From Lingula anatina (lineage: Eukaryota > Animalia > Brachiopoda): 64,000 bases of DNA. The stretch is taken from assembly GCA_051362555.1 (NCBI GenBank), contig CM120643.1:19410848-19474847 (forward strand). The letters are read 5' to 3'. Below are positions 38,987-52,000 of this stretch, one piece after another. The notes below the pieces were generated by a model, which had not been told where the DNA came from, searched no databases, and saw only the letters and a list, made by a program, of their open reading frames with translations. The number at the start of each line of letters is the position of its first letter. Positions within the stretch are counted from its first letter, which is position 1. Made by a program: the position numbers and the translations under genes.

Positions 38987-41900
38987 ATGGGCAACCAGCA
39001 GACAAGGTAAGTGCAACGTTCATATAAAATGTAGGATATATGTGAAGTACAGACGAAATAGGACGTCGCTCTCCCTCGAACGTGTCTACATTTTATTTAC
39101 CTGAAAGGGCGATGTTGTCGATCTGCCTACTTTTACAGGCAGGTCTTTCTTTTAAAAAAAATGTGACGACAGTGCTTTCCTTTGAAGTATATCTAGACTA
39201 TATCTTCTGATATGTCGCGTTTTTTTTTTCGAATTTTCCCCAAGGGAACATGTCACCAGCGTCTTAAAAACATTGACCGTATGAACTTTCAGACTTCAAA
39301 GCCGCGTTCAACTAGGACTTCAAAATATACTGGTTTGATGTGATGTGGTCATCTTCTGGCTGACCCCCAGTCAGTTAAAACCGAATGATTCGCGCGTTCC
39401 CGACGCTGCGTCCCCGAGCTTTTAGCCCCATTTCACTTTTCCTTCCTAACCATAAAACACCGCAATAATATCAGTTGATGTTTTGGAAATAATTAGATCT
39501 TGACTGTCAAATCTAACGACCCTGTTACCGTGGGTGCTATCTATCATGATGCCTGGGCTGTCAGTTAAAAAATTCCAACGGCACCTTTAAAACAATGACA
39601 TATTAATCTAGGCTCTGTGACGGATTGAGGCACTAGTGACAACATTAACTCGACCGGTGAAAGGCGAGAATAGAGGACTGACATTTGTCTTCTTGATAAA
39701 AAAAAGGCTTGATGGATTTTATAAAGAAAATAAATAAATTAATTAATTCATTGAATAAACTACAGGAAAATAATGACAAACAACAAGTTACTATTACTTA
39801 CTATAAGGTCAGGAAGCCGGTATCGAGGAGAACAATAAAAGCAAACCTCGGTTTTTTCCTCAGCCGCAAATTGTCGGTTATGCTCCCATTATCGTGTGTT
39901 TCAATATGAGAGAAGTGTATTAATTAGAGAGTCAGTGCTATTTTAGATGGTCTGAGTTGTGTGATTTTGTTCAACTATATGGGAAAAGTTGAGAGAAGTA
40001 TTTATCGCATCTCGGGATAACATGACATCGTATTTGGTGGATGGGAAACTTTTCAAAATGCGATTGGTACCTTGATATAAAGTAAAGACTCTTTGTCTGG
40101 TTACTGGGTCCTTACTACAAGGTTCACTCATTTCGTCTTGGGCATGAAAATAAAAAGATCTTAAATTCGATACCCCTTGCTCCTTGAGCTAACCGCTTAC
40201 GAGTTGTTTAGCTGTGTTGTGATGAGATATATAAACCGTAGAATCAGATACAATGTGTGATATATGTATGACCTGTGCTCGTCTCTTGTCACAGGTGAAT
40301 TTGTCATCGCCACAACATTAGTAATAAGCTCAGTATGAAACTATTCCCACGCTGCCTGATATTTAATATTTTTTTCAAATAGGTTGAAATAGCGATTTAC
40401 TTGACTATAGACTTACAATTACTTGGTAGACCATTAAATATAACCACCATGCCCTAGACAATCTCTCTCTCTCTCTCTCGTGTGTGTGTGTGAGAGAGAG
40501 AGAAAGAGAGAGAGAGAGGAGAGGTCAAACCGTGATGTCCAAATTTCCACATAATAAGTCACGGATAGGTGCAAACACCTTCTTTCAAAGAAAATAAAAA
40601 TAGCTAGAATACTTTATCAGCGAGAAGAGGCTTGCTGTTGAGATAACGACTGTCCTTGTATTGAAGCAACACGACCATAGTAATATGATTATATATCTAG
40701 TATTAAGTAAAGGAAAATACAACGGGAAGAAATGGTATTCATCTTATCACACCTGTCCATCTTTCAGAAAGTGGGGGGGGGGGGGGGGGGCTAAAATGTC
40801 CTTATCGTTCAGAGAAAAGGAGAAAGGGGTAACGTCTGTGTATTGTACAGCAGTGATAACAACGTTGATAAAAGAATAGATACAAAGTACAAAGAACACA
40901 CGTTCTGGTATCCGTCTTCACACTTCTTCCCCAATAATAAAGTCGATGATTAAAAACTGAACTCTTAGCACAAAGGATTGCGCTTCCAGTGTCTATGTTC
41001 GCACCTACCGCACAACAACGACAGCCACTAAAACGGTTGAAAACTTCAACACAAAGAAAAACGTCCCTGTATCTCACCCTGGACAAATAATTCGCCTTAT
41101 TTGTCCCTGATCTCACCAAGCACCTGTCGATCTCGCCGGTGATTCAGGCGGTTTCTCCCCGGAGAGCACTGGGAATGAAGACATTAGACAGACCTAATCA
41201 CCAGGTATGGGATTCCGACCCCCTGGCAATTTTCTGCTTCACCGTGTAGGCGAAATTATACGTCTTTGCTAAATGGTACATAAAATTTGACAGGACGTGT
41301 GTGCTTAATGGACGTAGGGACTATTTTTTTCCTGTAAAACAACCCCCTGGGTGTATATTTTGTATATTGCACAGTTGTCGGATGCGTTAATGGACACCAG
41401 TTTTGTAATGTTTAACTGCAGCAAAAACACGTTTTTGTGACAAGTTAGGGTCGAAGAAGGTTTTCTATTTAACCAATGCGCGTTTGTGCGTGCGTGTACT
41501 TGCGTGTGTGTGCGTACGTACGTGTGCGCGTGCGCGTGCGCATGTCCTCTCGGTTCCTGGGATTGTCCCGTATTTATATTCACAAGATCCTCACACTTCA
41601 CGCAATGTCAGTGTCTGTTTTATTGACAGTGACTGACGTTCTTTTGTTAGCGGTTTCTTAGAGCAGAATTTTTCTAAAATACGGTTTTTCGATAGCCGTT
41701 CGTTGCATACATTTATGCATTTGTCTTTTGGTGTATAAATAACTTAAGCGGACCCAAAGCTTCCCCCCCCTTTAACAGAACAAAAAGCGACAAATCCAGG
41801 CCCTCCTCCTGACCATCCAAAAAGGAAGAAAAAACACAAAGGCCCTGAGACAAATGTTTCATGTACTTTGGAATGCTCCCGAGTGCAGCGCTTTTTTAAT

Positions 41901-42999
41901 GACAAGAGAAGGAATATTTGGCCACCCATCTTGATACCCTCTTCCCGCCAGCTGATAGGAAACACTTCTGAAATCTACAAACACTGCTGGATCATGGATA
42001 TCAAGCCACCCCCACCCCCACCCTCACCCCAACTGTCTCTGTAACGGATAACGGTTTATATGAAAGTATTAATGTCTATCAGGTCTAATAAAATAGAGAG
42101 AAAAAATGAAATAAAAGCACTTTTCCTACTTAGATACTTAGAGGTTTGCAGTACTGCCCCCTTGACTGCGGTTTTCAGACACATCCGAAACCAAGTGCTA
42201 GTTGTTCACTTTAACAAGCTAGGGCATGTTTACGGACACCTCTTTGCAAGTAGGAATGTATGCATTTTGTCTCAAAATGATGTCAGTTTAAGGAAAACGG
42301 GGCGAGGATAATGTTTCAGTCCTAGGTCAAAAGCTCATATTTTGGCGGAAAAGCGTTTTTCGACTTTGTTTAGCACTCTGTGTGAGTAGCAAAGAGATTG
42401 ACTGTACACGCTAAGCCAACACCTATAAAACTCAGGGTGTTCTGAAAAGCTGCCAATTTACGAAAACAAAGGCGAAGACAAAAGTTTCAGCCTTTGTATT
42501 ATTATTATTCTTTAGAAACGGATCTAAGGCTCAGGTTTCGAAAAAAGAGGTTTTGTGATTTAAAAAAAAAGCATTGGAGTTTTATTTACAAAGAACAATT
42601 AGAATATTTTGGTATTAAAGAGAGGGAGAGTCGCAGAAAGTGAATGTGAACAACCGGGTACCAGAGCCCAAAATGGCTGGAAAGCTTTCTGGCCATTTCA
42701 TCAGCAGCGTCCCTTGTGTGGGTCACCCGTTACGACCCTCTCTCCAACTTCGCCATCTATTTTATTTTGTCTCCATTCCATAATGTAATCGTCAACTGCG
42801 ATAAAGACAAGGGGAGGCAAAGAGCACGTTGTTGCCAAAGGCACATGACCAAATCTGACAGATGCATATGAGGATGACTTGTTCATGTTGATGGGTTGAC
42901 AGGGAGATGCGTAATGTCCCGGGTTTACAGAGATAGTGCCGAATTGAACGTGTGGGCAGATGCTCTTCCATATGTACCTTTGTAAAAGAAGCCAACTGC

Positions 43000-43059
<60 letters not shown>

Positions 43060-46000
43060 CACCCTGGTTTACTTTGATAGTGGAAAACAGCAGTGTGTGC
43101 TTTTTAAGTGTGGAGAGAGAGACCGAAAGAGAGGGGGAGCGAAGGTCGAAGGGTTGACGTTTTGACGGATGAGCACGGAACATCCCGAAGCGCCCCGACG
43201 GAGAGATATAATTACAGCACGCATGGGCTTTCTTCATTCAGGTGTAAAAGAGCCGGAGAGAGAGGGGTGACTCGGAGAGATCGAAAGATAGAGGACTGAG
43301 TGGAGGGCGGAGAGAGGAGAGAGTTTATGAACAACGGGAGGACATTCAAGTTCAAGCATATCATCTGCTGTATGACTTCATCGTCTATTTACAGTCTAGG
43401 AGTGCCATCGTGCTGAAAGTATTACGACTTAATTGGAAAGAGATATGCAGACAAGAAAACAATTAAATTAGCCCAGAGTCAGCCAAAGGAAACAGACCTC
43501 ATTAAAGCTGTGATTCACAACGATGTGGAAGATAGTCCGATGGATAAAAACAAAGTTGTAAAATAGGCCTTGTTATTGTAACGGGAAAGCTTGTGCTTCA
43601 TCTACCTAACATTCAGGGTTTTTTTTCTCGGCTGTATAGCGCTGGATAAACACCAAGGAATGCTTTCTCGGGTAGCTTCCTTTCTACTCACACAGTAACT
43701 TCGATCGCGTAAGGATGCGGCCTGTTGTTTCAAGTCTTTTAGAATAATATTTGAATTTTTTTTAAACCCGGCGGATTATCAGGATGATTATGGGAACTTG
43801 GAAGTTGCTTAATCGGAGTTGTCTTGGCAACGGGATGCAGCCGGTGGGAGACAGGGACTGCCCCACCCCCGAATACAGGTAGGAATAGTCGGTTGGTGAT
43901 TGGGGGGGGGGGGGGGGGATAGGGAGGGGGACAGTAAGGGCTTAGCCATCGTCGTTTACCATACATTTAATATTTTTATGGTATGACCAAAATAAAAGTG
44001 CTAAAATGTGCTAAGCTTCTGTTACACTACCGAAACTATTTTAATACAAATATCATTGTATGAAGGCAGTTTAGATAACACACTTTATGTCTCCTGCAAT
44101 GTTTTCCCGTGGTCTCTTCTCTATTGTGAGAGAATGCCGAAAATATCATATTCTAGATGCCAATCTTCGTGCTTTCCGCCTTCATGTGTTTTCTCTGTCC
44201 TCGTATTTCTACGCAAGTTACATTTACTAGGCTGTTTTCTTTAATATCTTTTCCCCTCACTTAGAAAGAGCGTTCGATATTTTCGTCCTTGTACTTTTCG
44301 TGATTAGGCTAGAGAGAATGCCAAAGGTTGGTAAATATCGTCGTTTGAATGAATGCACGCCGTCCCCATATTAGAGAAAGTTTTCCAAAATCACCGAGAT
44401 GAACCGATATGCAGAAAACGTAATATTTCCCCGTGAGAGGTCGTGAGAGAGGGTTGCGATGATCATATTCGAGATGGCAATCTCTCCGCCTATAGGTACT
44501 ACTTCAACTGGCATGGTGTTTCTTTGTGAACTTCTTACACACAAGACCTTATAGTATATGTGGAATGATAATTGTGTATGTGTGGGAACCGCCAGAGTGA
44601 TATTGTGCTGATATAAATTGTGATCGACGATTCATGCTCGTACAATTTGTCTTGTGTCCTACGGCATATTGCAACGCAATTTTATGTATACGGAGCCGGT
44701 TGAGAAAGCCTAGTCTTCATTAATTCTTATTTACTTAGAAGGCGTCCAGGTTTCGAATAAATCCGGTAACAAAATGCGCATTTACTGCTCTTGAAAAAAA
44801 TTAATTAAACTAAAAAATTAATACAACAGAAACGTATAGCATCCAGTCACAATGACCAAGTGTCGTTAATTATCATAATTGATTATCATATGACAAAAAT
44901 AAACGGGGACCAAAGTTGGCCATCAACAGGCCAGGAACGCTGCGGTAGATTGAGTGCTTTTGTCTCCCACTTTACCTCGACATCAAACACTGGTTTGTAA
45001 TATTTTTTGAGTGTTTAAGTGCGTTTACATTTTTGCAGCATAAAAGAGTCATAAAAATTACTTTACCAGCCCGCATTTCAACTAAATAGATATCTTGGAA
45101 CACTTGATTACCCTCAAACGAAATAAAACAGCTAGGGCGGGTCTCAAAAACTCGGGAGTTGAAAGGAATGGTAATGGAATATTTGTTTTTGGTTTTTTAA
45201 TCACTTTTCGCGGGCTACCGAAAACACATGATGGTTTTGCCAAGTGAAAGGCCAGCGTATGTGTTAAACTCCCAGATTGTGTTTATATAGTATAAAACAA
45301 GCCGTGACACGATCCATTACGGGCCGGAGTCGAGCAGACGATAGCGTTTGCGGCGGGAGAGAAGCCATTGCTCAACGTCAATCATTACAGCTTCTCCCAC
45401 AAAAGACATTTGAACTAAAGCATTTTTGGACATAAATCAAGATTTTAACTTAAACGCCTCAAATGAACGTCACATTAAATTATCATATCCAATTTGAAAG
45501 TCACAGAGTCCCACTGTTCTTGGCTCGCCAAGACAGTCGTGTGAACTATGGACTTGGGGATTTCGTCATTGTTTTGTATGTCATAGAATAATTTCTCGGT
45601 CTAGCGTGTGTTGTTATCAAGATAGTGCGATCTAAAACACTGTCAAATAAACAATATATAAACAGGGGGTCTGTCTCCGTGGAAAATAGGACGCCGTCCA
45701 CCTGATTAACGTTCGAAAAAAAGTAGCAACATTTTTTAACGTCGCCTATTTGGAATTTAGGTCAAAATGCGCGTGTTTAGTATACAGAGTATATATCTTG
45801 TGGTTGAAACGCATATCAAAATACGAGTTCAATTGAACTATTTCTCTCTTTTTAACCTTGCTTATATCTCAGTATTCTTGGGTCGCTATGGTTCACCTTC
45901 CAGGTAAAGAGGGGTAAAGAAGAAATTTAGTTTGAGAGGCTACAAAAAGGGGAAGAAAATAGATGGGGAGGGTTAGGCTTGATAAAGGGAGAATGTTCAT

Positions 46001-49000
46001 CGAAGTAATAAGATGTCGGGAAAGGTCGGTGAGGGGGGGAGGGGAGACAGGGAAGGGGGGGAGAGAAGAAGAGGAAGAAGGAGTATTCAACATGGAAAAC
46101 GTTACCGTGATGCATATAGCGCCTTCCTTAGTGAAGGTAATCGACATGTACATATGGTATGAACCGCTTGTCTCTTCATCACTGACGTCCTCGCTACACA
46201 TGGCATGTATACCTACGACAAAATTAACCTATCACACTTTGAAATCTCAGTTACATGTTACGGTCAGGTCACAAAGATCAGAAAGATGAACGCTACGTTG
46301 ATGACTAGTTGAAATGACGGAGCGAAGTTGGCGTTTCGTGGGTGTGCGGCTATTAAATCATCGCTCTGACCAAGTTGACCGTAATCTAGCGTTCCGTGGG
46401 GGTATTTTGGGTGCTGAATGAGATCGCTGACAGTTTGACCATATATAAGTTAGTTCTCGGACTTGCGGTGATTAATAATAACGGAAGTTGTGTAGCGAGA
46501 ATTCTCTGACACACATTTCTTTATAATCTGCACGCAAGTCTGAACAAGTAGAATTTTGTAGAGAGAACTGGTAGAAGTGAGTATAGTAACATATTCCTCA
46601 GTGTACGTGCTTGTGTGTGTGTGTGTGTGTGTTGTGTGTGTGTGTGTGCGTGTAAGTTCACAGCTGACGAGTTGATAGTTGTGTAGAGTGTACGTGAACA
46701 AGATTTAAACATGTGCTTTAACTGTAGGTTAGTTCCAACAAGATAGCACCAAATCTTTACGTGACGTATGTAGATTATCGTGTGGAATTTTTTCATAGCG
46801 TCACATGTCGCTGGAGACTGTGAAACTTTAAGCAGGGGCTGTCTCCTGTCTCTGGTCCAAGTCAACGGAGATAACCTAGACACAGTGAAATTTAAACCCC
46901 CATACGCTGTGTTTTGTTGCTGGGGAAGTGGTATATTTGCGTATATATACCACATTGGTTAAACGAGACCGCAAAGATATAGCGTGATGTTTTGTTGATT
47001 TTATCACAATAATGATAAAAAATACAATGATATTACAAGTAGAATGATGTCATTATCATTATTATGTCGCCGGTATATTCTCAAGCTCTTTATGGTTATG
47101 TTTGTTTTTTCTTAAAAAGATCATTAAAAAAATTTCATCGTGTGTATTGTCTTCTCCATACATAAATATATATTCCGCTCATTACCGCCATGATATTCTC
47201 ACGTGTTATTTATTTCTTTCAGACCGAGCAACATCAACAACAAGGCGCATCTCCTCCATCCCATCATGGAGCGCCGCGATCGCGTCTTCAAGCACGTCTT
47301 CAAGGGGTCAGTGTTGGTCACCACGCTAATGGAACACGACCCCCACCGCTTCCGGAGCCGGGCCAGGGCCATTAAGTTTGCCCAGTGGTTGCTTGACCAT
47401 AACCATATAGAGAGTATCGTCGGACATAGCGGGTTTGAGGACAGTGTGCATTTGTACAGGTGAGAATATTGAGATTAAAAAATGAATAAAAGTAAGTCCA
47501 ACTTGACACCCCACTCTTCGTTATAACTTAATACGATATAAGTGGTTTATTCCATCTCCTGGAGACGATCAAAATTATCAAGAGACACCATTAAACGTCC
47601 ACACTGTCTGAAAAAGGAAATAGCTGTAGCTTCCCTCCTCTTGCTCATTTCAATCACTTAATCATCCAATCGTCTCTCGCCGAAAAAAATCCCTTCGGTT
47701 TTTTTACATATCTTTTACATGATTTCGTTCACTGTTCTTTCTTCTCACCTCTTACAACACTTTTAATTTAAAAAGCATTGGCCCTTTAACACATGCACTT
47801 AAATCAGTGTCTGGTATGACTCCCAACAGGAAAAAATGACATTTCCAAAATCGCCAGTCGTTTAATGGCAATAGCAACAGAGTTTTTTTACGACCATTCT
47901 TCTGTATCGCCGGTATAATTGAGTGGAATTCACCAAGCCTATCGTAATAAGTTCATTACATGACCAAATCGATGCTCGGATGTTGATATCACGAAAGCAT
48001 AGATAGTTAAAGCACAAACAAATTTAGTTGAACCAGGTGTTTGGTAATAAAGTAGTTCAGACGTGCATGTTCAGGGCCGCATTTTGTTTCGATAACTAGC
48101 TCTTACTGCCAATACATGTTTTTTCTATCATTTAATAATAGAGAATGAAAGGCATATCTTTCGTGTTATATGCGCCCCGTACGTGGATGACTATTTTTCT
48201 ATTTTATTAGATGTAATTTAGTTACGATCTTTCAGGTTGTACTCGGGTAATAAATGGCCTGTACACCTGTAAGAGATCATTTCGATAGAGATAGAGACAG
48301 GCCGTCCATGACTCATGCCCGGAACCAAGGATCATTACTCACGATGATCGAATTGTTTTGTTTTTGAAGTTTAATACATTGTGTTTATTCCCCCATTCCT
48401 CCTTAATTTGATCATTCGAGATCATATTTATATATGTATATACATACACACCTTGTTATTATGGTAATCAAGTAGAGCTCGTACCGGTTGCGGTCGGTAA
48501 ACAAACTCTATAAGGAGATCGATTATTCAGAGCTTCCTCTTCATTTCAAAATGATATATCTTCCACGTGCGTTAGTGTTGCACCTTAAAAACCGACGACG
48601 CAGCTCGTTAATCAAAGCCCTTGTTAATCTCGGTTTTTAAGTCTATCATATCTATCACGAACTCGACACTTAACCACGGACCCAGGTGTTAAGTGAGCAG
48701 GTGTGAACTGGAAATACCAGAAACTTTTTTTGCGTTAAGTGCATCGGATTTTTTTTACATTAAGTGCATCGGTCGTCCACTTATAATCGTAAACCGTAGC
48801 GTTCAGAGGTCAGTGAGAAGTAAGCTGGTCGCAGTGACCTAGCTGTCTGAACAAGCCGAATGTGAATTTTTAGAATTTTTTCCATCCACAGTGTTTTGTG
48901 CGGCTCCCTCAGCATTCTTGTCAATTTTATAAAAGTATTTATACTGCGAACTTTAAGGTGGACTTAACAGAAATTTTGTGTTAAAAAACTGACTTTTTAT

Positions 49001-52000
49001 CATTCAGGTGTTCTTTTAAACTAGCTATTAGCTGTTAGAAAATTGCATATTTCATTTTAAATTGTTTAATATTATTAAAATAATAACGCAATTATATATT
49101 TCCCATGTGTATACCAATCGTTTACATTTCAAGCCGATTAGCCAAATGAATTATGACTAAATTTTAACACGGTAGAGTGAGGTCAAACTACCACCATTTA
49201 CTTATTAAGGCACCGGCACTATTAGGGCTGATAACACGGTAGAAAGCTCTCGTGCCTTCCACGGTCAGCTCCCCTGTTATTACACCTATGACGTCCCACA
49301 CAAGGAAGTGGGACAAGAGTCCTTACCACTCTACTGTACTCGGCGGGGTAAGGGTTCTCGTATTTACAATTACTTCTTACTGTCTTAATTTGGTAATTTT
49401 TTCTCCACTTCAGATGGTCGGACGAAACAGTGGTAGACCAGGCGAGAAAAATCGTCACGAACTCGGCTTACATTCCAAAGAAACGCCTCATAGAGTTGGT
49501 GGAACTGAATTTTGGCGGGAGTGAGGATAGTGATACGAGATCGTTGAACAGTAGCATGAGCAGCGAACCTAAAAGTCCAAGATTGCAGAAGAGAAATATC
49601 AACGGTTCTCTTGGCTCTCCGATGTCACCAAAAATTATCGACTTTTGCAAGTCCCCAACTACCGTACAAAAGAGCGTCAATTCACGGGATATTAAAAACT
49701 CCACCCCGCTCTCGACGCCATTGTCGTTTTGGGAAAAACGCAGCCGAGAGGGAAGCGTTTCCAGCACTCTCTCCTCCAGCACGGCGGCTTCCAATTCAAG
49801 ACAGACTACGCCCCAGATAACCCGACCGGCGGAGAGACTCCATTTTGGAAATTCGGAACAAGGTTCAACTCCACATCAAAATTTCAACCCGGGATACTCT
49901 CCTTCTCCGACACCCAGCCTCGAACAAAAACATCCGGACAAATCATTTGATAGTCCGAACAATAACAACAACAATACATTGGTTGCCAAATCCTTCCAAG
50001 AATTAGCGCTTCAGAAGAAACCTCCCACCCCGACAAAAAACAGCAGACGACAGGGAGAGGAAGCGGGAAACCACACGCAAAATGGCGGGTCGAACAAGGT
50101 CAATGACGATGATATGTGCTTCTCCGACAACGAGAAAACCCTCCTGGAGAGAATGAAAAAAATGGAGAGCAAGCACCAGGGTGTTGTGAAAGGATACGAA
50201 GGCAGAATAAATGAACTGATGAATAAAATGCACGAACTGAAACAAATTGCAGAGCTTCTGGAACAGTCTGGCAACAAGTCAATGCCGGGAGTTAACGGAC
50301 ATTATGGCCAAAGAGGTAAGTAACAGAAACGGCTTCAAAATTTAAAAGATTCAGATATCAGTCGAGTGATCAGCTGTAAGGAAACGCAATGTACTTGTTA
50401 ATTTAGTCATGGGAACTTGGTCCTCCGTCGATTTAATCTTAGACAGCCGTCAGACTTTATCTAACAGATGATCTTATTCATAAAGCACAATTAAGATCCT
50501 ACCATAACATAGTTAATTATATTGCCTAATTATATCTTACATTTGTATATCTTATATTTTATATTGAATACATGTACCCAGACTCCTCGAAATATTGTCA
50601 TTAAGATAATTTTATTTGAGAGAGTTCTCAGTGAATGACGTTCGTGATTAAATTTGGGCATATTTTCAATTTCCAATGAATTTAAGTTGATGCATTTCCA
50701 TTCAGAAGATAGACCCAACATGGGAGAAAACCAAAGAGTACAAGTGCAAACGGTCTCAATGATACCTCCAGAGTCGCCGAAAATATCCTCACGAGAGGCC
50801 AGGACGCCGGCGTCTCCCCGCCCCCCTCCACCCCCGGCCTCTCCAGCCTTAACACCTGCAGCAGGGACGCACGTTTTGGCACCCCCTCCACCTCCTCCGG
50901 CCCCTTTGATGACTCGTCAACCGGCAGTGGTCCCCAGGAAGCCCCCAGTGCGGCCCCGCGTGAAGATGCGCCCCCTCTACTGGAACAGGGTCGTCTTGCC
51001 CACCAAGGGGAGCGTGGTGTCTGAAGGTAAGTCATCCCCGGAAGATGACCAGTGTCGGTAACTCGTTCGTTTTAGCTCACTTGAATATGGTCAGTAGTTA
51101 TCACAACTTGACCCCTATGGCAATTTTTAAGTATTCTTTCGGGCCAGTTATAGATTGAATGGCAATCATATTAGTCACGCGCCGGACACTATAACGTTGA
51201 GGAAGCGCAGTAGACGCTACACCTTGGGCTATTTTTTCTGCCCCTCCCTCGTCTCCCCTCCGGGTTATTAGGATAAGGATGATGGTTTTAGCATCCCCTC
51301 CCCGCCATGCCCACTGAGATGAAAAAAAAATGTAATAGATGGTCCTTTCTCTCGTTTTGGTACTTACGATGAACCCGCCATTTTGATATGGAAAGAATTA
51401 TCCCCGGTATCCGCTTAAATATGTTCTGCATTCAAACGCTTTGCTTTATTCATGTCGCGAGATGTCAATCTACATGGTCATAAATTTGTCATTAACTTCT
51501 ATATATAGACTGCATATGGAGCATACTACGAGTATCCTGATAGAAATCAAGTATTCATTTCAAAGACCAATTTCAGTTGGATTTTATGACATTGTTTTCC
51601 ATTTTCTTTCATCAGATATCACCATCTGGAATGAAGTGACAGAACCAAACTTTGACGTGGAGGAATTTGAAGGGTAAGGGTTTTAAAGGCAGCTAGAGTG
51701 TAGCACAAAGTACAAGATCAACAGTCCAAATGGAATATCCGATACCTGTTTGTTTGCAAGATTTCTTTTGAACTTTGTGTCTAAACTGTACTTTGTCATG
51801 TGCTTTGAGATAGAACCAAGATGGTATAGATTAAATTCTGCAATTAATATTTTCAATTCGAAAGAATTCTAATCTGGAAGGGGAAGGCGCACAAAATATT
51901 TGTTGTTCTTATTGTCAACCTCAGGAGGCATGTCATAGTAATTTTGTTATTAGACCCGAGGAGGACACACGCATACAAAAAAAAGTTAGATGGATCGGAT

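Noticed and set aside
49250-49347. Exon-like segment with a good donor (GG|GTAAGG) 66 nt upstream of formin acceptor 49414
   Set aside because: The frame needed to join the main ORF has a stop at 49289, and ATG 49288 splices out of frame. It could only be a non-coding alternative leader, for which there is no further support.
49468-50282. Several antisense and alternate-frame ORFs over the large formin exons (also 56596-58331)
   Set aside because: Shadow ORFs of GC-richer coding exons, with no independent splice or motif support.
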